This document shows, piece after piece, positions 37,343 through 41,874 of a stretch of 41,874 bases of DNA. The stretch's first letter is position 1; each line of letters opens with the position of its first letter. The notes under the pieces were generated by a model. That model did not search any database. It saw only the letters and a list, made by a program, of their open reading frames with translations, and was not told where the DNA came from. The DNA is taken from the IMG/VR virus record IMGVR_UViG_3300009678_000089, positions 1 through 41,874 of that record. One strand, 5' to 3'. The position numbers were made by a program, and so were the translations under genes. Origin of the DNA: a virus. Lineage: Duplodnaviria > Caudoviricetes.

Positions 37343-37754
37343 TGACCATCCCCTCATGTGATGTTGCGGTAACTAATTTCTTACAGGTTCCATCGGGCTT
37401 CAACCTATAAGCACCATACTCATCGACCTTGAAAGATTTATTGGTCTGGAATTCTACATACAAGGTTTGTCGGACACGAAATATATTCCAATCGACGATG
37501 ACTGAATTAATCCGGTCGATGGTCTTTCGGTCTTGATAACCAAACATACAGAATCGGGCATGGTCTGTGCGATTATAGGGAAACACTACAATTGGAACGC
37601 CATCTTGCCAAATTACTGTCTGACCATTCTTCCCCTTTCTAGCTAGGGTATCCCAGGCTATTTGTTTGGTATGCGGGAGATCCTCCTGACGATTCATGAC
37701 TTCTGCTAGGTGTAGATAATTAACTCGAGCTTTACGTCCTCCGAAGTTGGGCAT
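37332..37754 (-). CDS. hypothetical early protein
   Basis: 140 aa ORF; GYQDRKTIDRIN resembles a recurrent phage motif (recollection, unverified). Confidence 0.7.
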   Translation of the reverse strand: MPNFGGRKARVNYLHLAEVMNRQEDLPHTKQIAWDTLARKGKNGQTVIWQDGVPIVVFPYNRTDHARFCMFGYQDRKTIDRINSVIVDWNIFRVRQTLYVEFQTNKSFKVDEYGAYRLKPDGTCKKLVTATSHEGMVNVL

Positions 37755-37767
37755 GATTATTTACTAA

Positions 37768-38196
37768 CTAAGGGATGATGAGGTTTTTTGGCGGCACGAT
37801 GAGATTAGAGTCACTGCCTGTTATTGCGGCGACAGATTCGTTGACCTTATCAAAGTGTTCTGATTGAATGCTGATGATATGATCGACAACGCGCTCATAA
37901 TAGTTGGCGAGGAATTTGCTGCGAGTAACCATCGAGATATTAGTGGTCAATCCAGAGCGCCGTTCAATATGTTGGCGAGTCACGAAGGTTGGTTGGCCGT
38001 TAAGAATCAATGCTGGCTGGGGAACTTGAATCAACGCAAATCGCTTAGCTACTTCATTAACATTGTTTTCCTGAATCCTTGTAATACCGCAGACCTGCAT
38101 CATCAGGACAATTGTGTTGGTGATTTCAGTTTCAGATGGGTCGGCGTGTAGACCTTCCCAATCTTCTACCTTATCCCAGTATGCTCGGATTGGCAT
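37768..38196 (-). CDS. hypothetical early protein
   Basis: AAGGAG RBS; abuts the upstream stop. Confidence 0.75.
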   Translation of the reverse strand: MPIRAYWDKVEDWEGLHADPSETEITNTIVLMMQVCGITRIQENNVNEVAKRFALIQVPQPALILNGQPTFVTRQHIERRSGLTTNISMVTRSKFLANYYERVVDHIISIQSEHFDKVNESVAAITGSDSNLIVPPKNLIIP

Positions 38197-38574
38197 TTAG
38201 TCTCCTTTAATCTGGGTTGGAGTTACTAGCGTGTAATCATCTTCATCTACGAGCTCGAGAAAGATACAACCATCGCGCCGAGTGAAATGATAGGGATGCG
38301 GGGTATGATCGTTAAGAGCGTCGAACATTCTTTCTTCAAGATCAATGAGCCATTCCAATTCCTCCTCTCTTGCCATTTTAACTGTCAGAGTCCAATCGGC
38401 TTCCCAATTTTCCGGGTCTTTGCCGTCCTCGTCACAGATATCGCATTCGTAGTGCTCAATGTCCCAGGTGTCTAGGTACACTGCAAACTTTCTGACCTGG
38501 AACGACAATGGGCCTTCATCAATTAGTAGGCCAGTTTCAACACCGTATTTACCGTTAATCAGCACCGTTTCCAT
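38197..38574 (-). CDS. acidic hypothetical early protein
   Basis: GAAAAGG RBS. Confidence 0.75.
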   Translation of the reverse strand: METVLINGKYGVETGLLIDEGPLSFQVRKFAVYLDTWDIEHYECDICDEDGKDPENWEADWTLTVKMAREEELEWLIDLEERMFDALNDHTPHPYHFTRRDGCIFLELVDEDDYTLVTPTQIKGD

Positions 38575-38601
38575 TGTATCATGCCTTTCTATAAATTTGG
38601 G

Positions 38602-38736
38602 TTAGATGCAGTCAGCGTAGTTGCCGGCATCAACACAGTCTTGTTTCATCCAAGAGTCAATGATGAATGCACTACACGCGAATCCGACGGTCATAACGAT
38701 TGCGAATATGATGAATAGTTTAATGTCTTTATTCAT
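38602..38736 (-). CDS. small membrane protein (44 aa, MNKDIKLFIIFAIVMTVGFACSAFII...), missed by the ORF track
   Basis: ATGA overlap; one TM helix. Confidence 0.7.
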   Translation of the reverse strand: MNKDIKLFIIFAIVMTVGFACSAFIIDSWMKQDCVDAGNYADCI

Positions 38737-38990
38737 CGGATGATTGGCTCTACGATTGTACTATTATCATTGATGTGATCTACTTGTTGGAATTCTACGC
38801 TGATAACCGTGTTAAATACATAGACTGCCCAGTAATGACCTTCATGGTTCTTAATAGCGAATGAGTAATTGTCGTCGTCAATTTCCACCAGACAATTCAG
38901 ATACCGATGGTAGCTAATTGGATCGGCGGATGATTCAGCATCTACAACTACAACATTTAGTGCGGCACCGTTGAACAATTCAATAGCCAT
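38733..38990 (-). CDS. hypothetical early protein
   Basis: Start at ATG 38990 after GGAAAGAGGA. Confidence 0.75.
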   Translation of the reverse strand: MAIELFNGAALNVVVVDAESSADPISYHRYLNCLVEIDDDNYSFAIKNHEGHYWAVYVFNTVISVEFQQVDHINDNSTIVEPIIR

Positions 38991-39059
38991 AATTCCTCTT
39001 TCCATTTAATGTCGGACATGACAGTACCCCGATTACCATTACAGTAACCGGGGTACTAT

Positions 39060-39239
39060 TCAAAATCGAATTCGATCGGCGTGAACTTCACAAGCATCGA
39101 CGCCGTTATTGTACTTCCAACCAACTCGCGACAATACCTCGCGAATTCTGTCATGTGATTGGACACCGCCAACTGCTGCCGTTTTACCGCAATAATCGCA
39201 GCTAATGTTGATGGTAGTTTCAGCAGTGTGAATTGCCAA
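39060..39239 (-). CDS. small zinc-finger protein (59 aa, CDYCG...GW...DACEVH), missed by the ORF track
   Basis: TTG start after AGGAG; translated by hand. Confidence 0.7.
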   Translation of the reverse strand: MAIHTAETTINISCDYCGKTAAVGGVQSHDRIREVLSRVGWKYNNGVDACEVHADRIRF

Positions 39240-39242
39240 CTG

Positions 39243-39323
39243 TCATTCTCCTAAATGATAATGAGCGGTCCAGAGTAGATAGTTAACGCAGACAACAAGG
39301 TACGTTATCCAAAACAGATTCAA
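39243..39323 (-). CDS. 26-aa hydrophobic peptide (MNLFWITYLVVCVNYLLWTAHYHLGE)
   Basis: TTG start after AAGGA; fills the gap. Confidence 0.4.
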   Translation of the reverse strand: MNLFWITYLVVCVNYLLWTAHYHLGE

Positions 39324-39331
39324 TTAGATCC

Positions 39332-39424
39332 TTAGAAGTAGAATTTGTACAACCTATACAGCGTGTAAATCACGAGGCATAAGAGTATTCTATTCCAGTC
39401 GATTACTACTGTCGTTGTATTCAT
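39332..39424 (-). CDS. 30-aa hydrophobic peptide (MNTTTVVIDWNRILLCLVIYTLYRLYKFYF)
   Basis: AAAGAGGA RBS; follows a promoter and leader hairpin. Confidence 0.6.
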   Translation of the reverse strand: MNTTTVVIDWNRILLCLVIYTLYRLYKFYF

Positions 39425-39520
39425 TTATCCTCTTTACGATAGGTTGGGGGATGATGCACCGATTTCCCAAATGGTATCACACCGACATAGAACACCGATG
39501 CACCATCCCCATTGAGTATT

Positions 39521-39549
39521 AAATTATATGTTAAGTATTCATCAAGCAA
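39521..39549 (-). promoter_or_regulatory. early-region promoter
   Basis: TTGCTT with TAATTT at 17 nt (TATAAT at 15 nt). Confidence 0.55.
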
Positions 39550-39698
39550 TCGGTAGGGAGGATATAACGAGAATGTTCGTCCAATTACCCAGGGAGTTAG
39601 AACCTACTGTCTATTCACAAGATGGTATCACGCCCACAATTTCGCAGTGGGCCGCACTAGGCTTAAGACCTATTTATACTCGCCTAGTCGAGTGTGAG

Positions 39699-39935
39699 TT
39701 ATTCAGTCTCAACTTCTTCACTCTCATTATCCTCAGTTTCTTCTTTCCACATTTCTTCCCAACACGCAGGATGAGTACCACTAATCAAGAGCTCCTTAAA
39801 ATCGTCGTCTTTGTCAGGGAATGCGAATTGAATCAACTCGCCAGCTTTCCATGAATTAAAGCTACCCTCATCAACCTCAACTGTTTCCTGCTTGCCACAC
39901 ATCATGCATTTCGGGCAGAGAACTTTAATTGACAT
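39699..39935 (-). CDS. small Cys/His protein (CPKCMMCG...GELIQFAFP...ISGTHPACW)
   Basis: Start at ATG 39935 after GGGAGG. Confidence 0.75.
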   Translation of the reverse strand: MSIKVLCPKCMMCGKQETVEVDEGSFNSWKAGELIQFAFPDKDDDFKELLISGTHPACWEEMWKEETEDNESEEVETE

Positions 39936-40092
39936 TGCGTGCCTCCCATTTCCTGGCAATTCTAACATGGTTAAACCCTCGGTCTTTACCATTATTCAAA
40001 TCTCGAGCTTCATGCGTCCAACCACACTTACAATTAACAATCATGGTTGCCTTATTCAACTGAGCTTTGACTGTGAATTCATGGGTCGCCAT
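39925..40092 (-). CDS. small zinc-finger-like protein (55 aa, H..CKCGW..H), missed by the ORF track
   Basis: TAATG junction; AAGGGG RBS; translated by hand. Confidence 0.7.
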   Translation of the reverse strand: MATHEFTVKAQLNKATMIVNCKCGWTHEARDLNNGKDRGFNHVRIARKWEARNVN

Positions 40093-40391
40093 TACTTCCC
40101 CTTGTTCATCCTGCTAATCAATACTCTACGGTACTGCATTCGGTTAGGCTTATCCTCCCGCTTTCCCGGAATCAAATAACCGTCGGGATGGATATAATTC
40201 CTAGTCGAGACTTCACCAAACCTATTAATCGTATCTTCACGCTTCGTATGGCAGTTAACGCACTGAATTACCAGTAGCGTTCCCCACGATGGTTTACGCT
40301 CAGCATTGATTGGCTTCCAACTATGCCCAATTGTTCTACAGGTAACCCAGCTATCAGGCCAGGTATTAGTCAGTTTATTCACAGCATTCAT
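40092..40391 (-). CDS. zinc-finger protein (CRTIGHSW..CVNC..RNYIHPDGY)
   Basis: Motif recalls a small actinophage protein family; AAAGAGGA RBS. Confidence 0.75.
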   Translation of the reverse strand: MNAVNKLTNTWPDSWVTCRTIGHSWKPINAERKPSWGTLLVIQCVNCHTKREDTINRFGEVSTRNYIHPDGYLIPGKREDKPNRMQYRRVLISRMNKGK

Positions 40392-40405
40392 ATCGTCATC
40401 CTCTT

Positions 40406-40588
40406 TCATAGCTCGAATACTTCCTGTGCTTTCCTGCCCCGACCATTCCCAGCTTTCTTGACAATTTCATCGGTACGCATTCCACGCTCCCATTGGGTAA
40501 TGGTAACTGTGCACTCATTAATTGGAACCTTTGGCGGAGCGTATTCTTTCTCGAGTTTCTTGTCAACAATTAGGTCGAGGCTATTCAT
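40406..40588 (-). CDS. hypothetical early protein
   Basis: Tightly packed ORF. Confidence 0.65.
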   Translation of the reverse strand: MNSLDLIVDKKLEKEYAPPKVPINECTVTITQWERGMRTDEIVKKAGNGRGRKAQEVFEL

Positions 40589-40592
40589 CAGA

Positions 40593-40784
40593 TTACTTCC
40601 CCAACTTAATAAGCTCGTATCGGACAGTCTTTGCGCCTTCCATTTTACTGGCGTTAATGTTCAAGCGCAAACAGTAAGCTTTTGCAGTGTGCTTTGGCAT
40701 GGAACTAAAGCTGGACACAATAACTCCCTTTCCAGTAGTATCATATTCGATGACATTAATTCCGTACATTTCAGCTACCTCCAA
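40593..40784 (-). CDS. hypothetical early protein
   Basis: Tightly packed ORF; start may be ATG at MYGINV after GGAGG. Confidence 0.65.
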   Translation of the reverse strand: MEVAEMYGINVIEYDTTGKGVIVSSFSSMPKHTAKAYCLRLNINASKMEGAKTVRYELIKLGK

Positions 40785-40986
40785 AGATCAAATCAAATTC
40801 AGCTCGATCCATGTCATTCCAATCGAGCATCAATTCTTCGATGTATTCCATTGGAGTCAATTCATCGGACCATCTATCCCACGATGGACCGTCACACATA
40901 TCATCCATTTCCATCCCCACTTTGGAGACTAGAATTCGGTTGACTTTCTTGCACCATTCTTCATAGGTCAATTCGTAGTCAGTCAT
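40771..40986 (-). CDS. small acidic early protein
   Basis: AGAGAGGA RBS; D/E/W-rich. Confidence 0.75.
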   Translation of the reverse strand: MTDYELTYEEWCKKVNRILVSKVGMEMDDMCDGPSWDRWSDELTPMEYIEELMLDWNDMDRAEFDLIFGGS

Positions 40987-41149
40987 TTCATCCTCTCTTT
41001 GGTCTTACTAACTAAGGGTCGGATATCTAGCTGGCATTGGAATTAATTTTAATCAATTAATCTGAGCGTAGATATGCCGAAAGGCTAGACCCCGTAGTTG
41101 GAGTCTAGCCTTTCCGCCCATCATTCTCGCGATCATTTGAGGTTGGATT

Positions 41150-41347
41150 TCACACCTCGACCTTCCACTGTGAACAAATCCCAACATTTCCAGTCGCGAT
41201 ATCGCAGTTCACAATTCCGTTGCGTTCAAAGATGCTGACATCCATCATCGGAATGAAATGGTCCAATATCCAGACTCTTTCGCTGAACGGTTTACGATCA
41301 TCATTCTGCATCATTATTGCGATTGCCTCTGCCATCATTTCCAGCAT
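41150..41347 (-). CDS. hypothetical early protein
   Basis: AAAGAGGA RBS. Confidence 0.7.
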   Translation of the reverse strand: MLEMMAEAIAIMMQNDDRKPFSERVWILDHFIPMMDVSIFERNGIVNCDIATGNVGICSQWKVEV

Positions 41348-41417
41348 TTCATTCCTCTTTCTGTCGGTTGAATTTCGGGAGGGTTATTGGGGGAGGTTTC
41401 CCTCCCCCGAATTTCCC

Positions 41418-41810
41418 TTAGAGTCCGAACACCTCGTTAGAGGCGACCTTTCGACCTTGCGGCTGCGTGATCCAAACCTTGACGAATTGGACGTTGTTCT
41501 TACGCTCAACTTCCAGCTTGACAATTCGGTCGGTCGAATCGTCGTCGGTCACGCGCGCCGATCCGCGGAGGAAATTTCCCTCCGTATCAACGTCGGCATT
41601 CACGTCGTCGGCAATCAGCCCGACGATAGGCGACTGAATTGGACCGGAATTCATCGGCAGGGGCCACGCCTTAGAAACAGTGGCGCGCTTTCCCTCTGCG
41701 TTAATCACAGGGAACCAACCGTAAATTTCCTTGCCCGCCTTAGTCGCAATCTTTGCGACCGGAATTTCCACGGTAGTCTCATCTTCCAGAATCAGCGTAA
41801 CATTCTTCAC
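41418..41810 (-). CDS. first early gene, hypothetical 130-aa protein
   Basis: GTG start with GAAAGAGGA RBS; TGC-TACTAT extended -10 near the window end; followed by a GAAA-tetraloop hairpin. Confidence 0.8.
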   Translation of the reverse strand: MKNVTLILEDETTVEIPVAKIATKAGKEIYGWFPVINAEGKRATVSKAWPLPMNSGPIQSPIVGLIADDVNADVDTEGNFLRGSARVTDDDSTDRIVKLEVERKNNVQFVKVWITQPQGRKVASNEVFGL

Positions 41811-41874
41811 GGTATTTCCTCTTTCGGTTTGTTCGGCCGGTTTGTTCCGACAGGGATCATAGTAGCAGGTTCTA

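Noticed and set aside
35190-39700. tRNA genes in the structured intergenic regions
   Set aside because: No cloverleaf with TTC-containing T-loop and acceptor stem found by eye
41825-41847. CGGTTTGTTC direct repeat x2
   Set aside because: Only two copies in an A/C-rich leader; too short to call iterons
1-41874. Terminal repeats or a circular junction
   Set aside because: No matching sequence seen between the two ends; joining them does not restore a -35 for the terminal TACTAT -10, so the ends cannot be defined

Overview
The window looks like a complete or near-complete ~41.9 kb tailed dsDNA phage genome with two convergent arms. The + arm (1-25.6 kb) is morphogenesis and lysis: terminase, P22-like portal, a block of fibre-like genes, scaffold, major capsid, decoration, nozzle and adaptor, three large ejection-type proteins, an M15 peptidase endolysin and holins. 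No tape measure, tail tube or sheath is recognisable, so the morphology is probably podovirus-like. The - arm (41.8-25.7 kb) carries many tiny early genes (Zn-finger, acidic, membrane), then a DNA-metabolism block: SWIM-DinG/XPD-like Fe-S helicase, Cas4-like nuclease, Sak4-like AAA ATPase and ERCC4-HhH nuclease. I see no DNA polymerase, primase, integrase, tRNA, CRISPR array or reverse transcriptase. Holin, fibre motifs and promoter/RBS style suggest an actinobacterial host (inference). The most notable unexplained signals are non-coding: (i) at least three promoter-driven small structured RNAs exposing anti-Shine-Dalgarno sequences complementary to the phage's own early-gene RBSs; (ii) a ~130-bp imperfect palindrome flanked by twin divergent promoters; (iii) genome-wide enrichment of CTCGAG. 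All protein calls come from motif recognition and synteny, not database searches.
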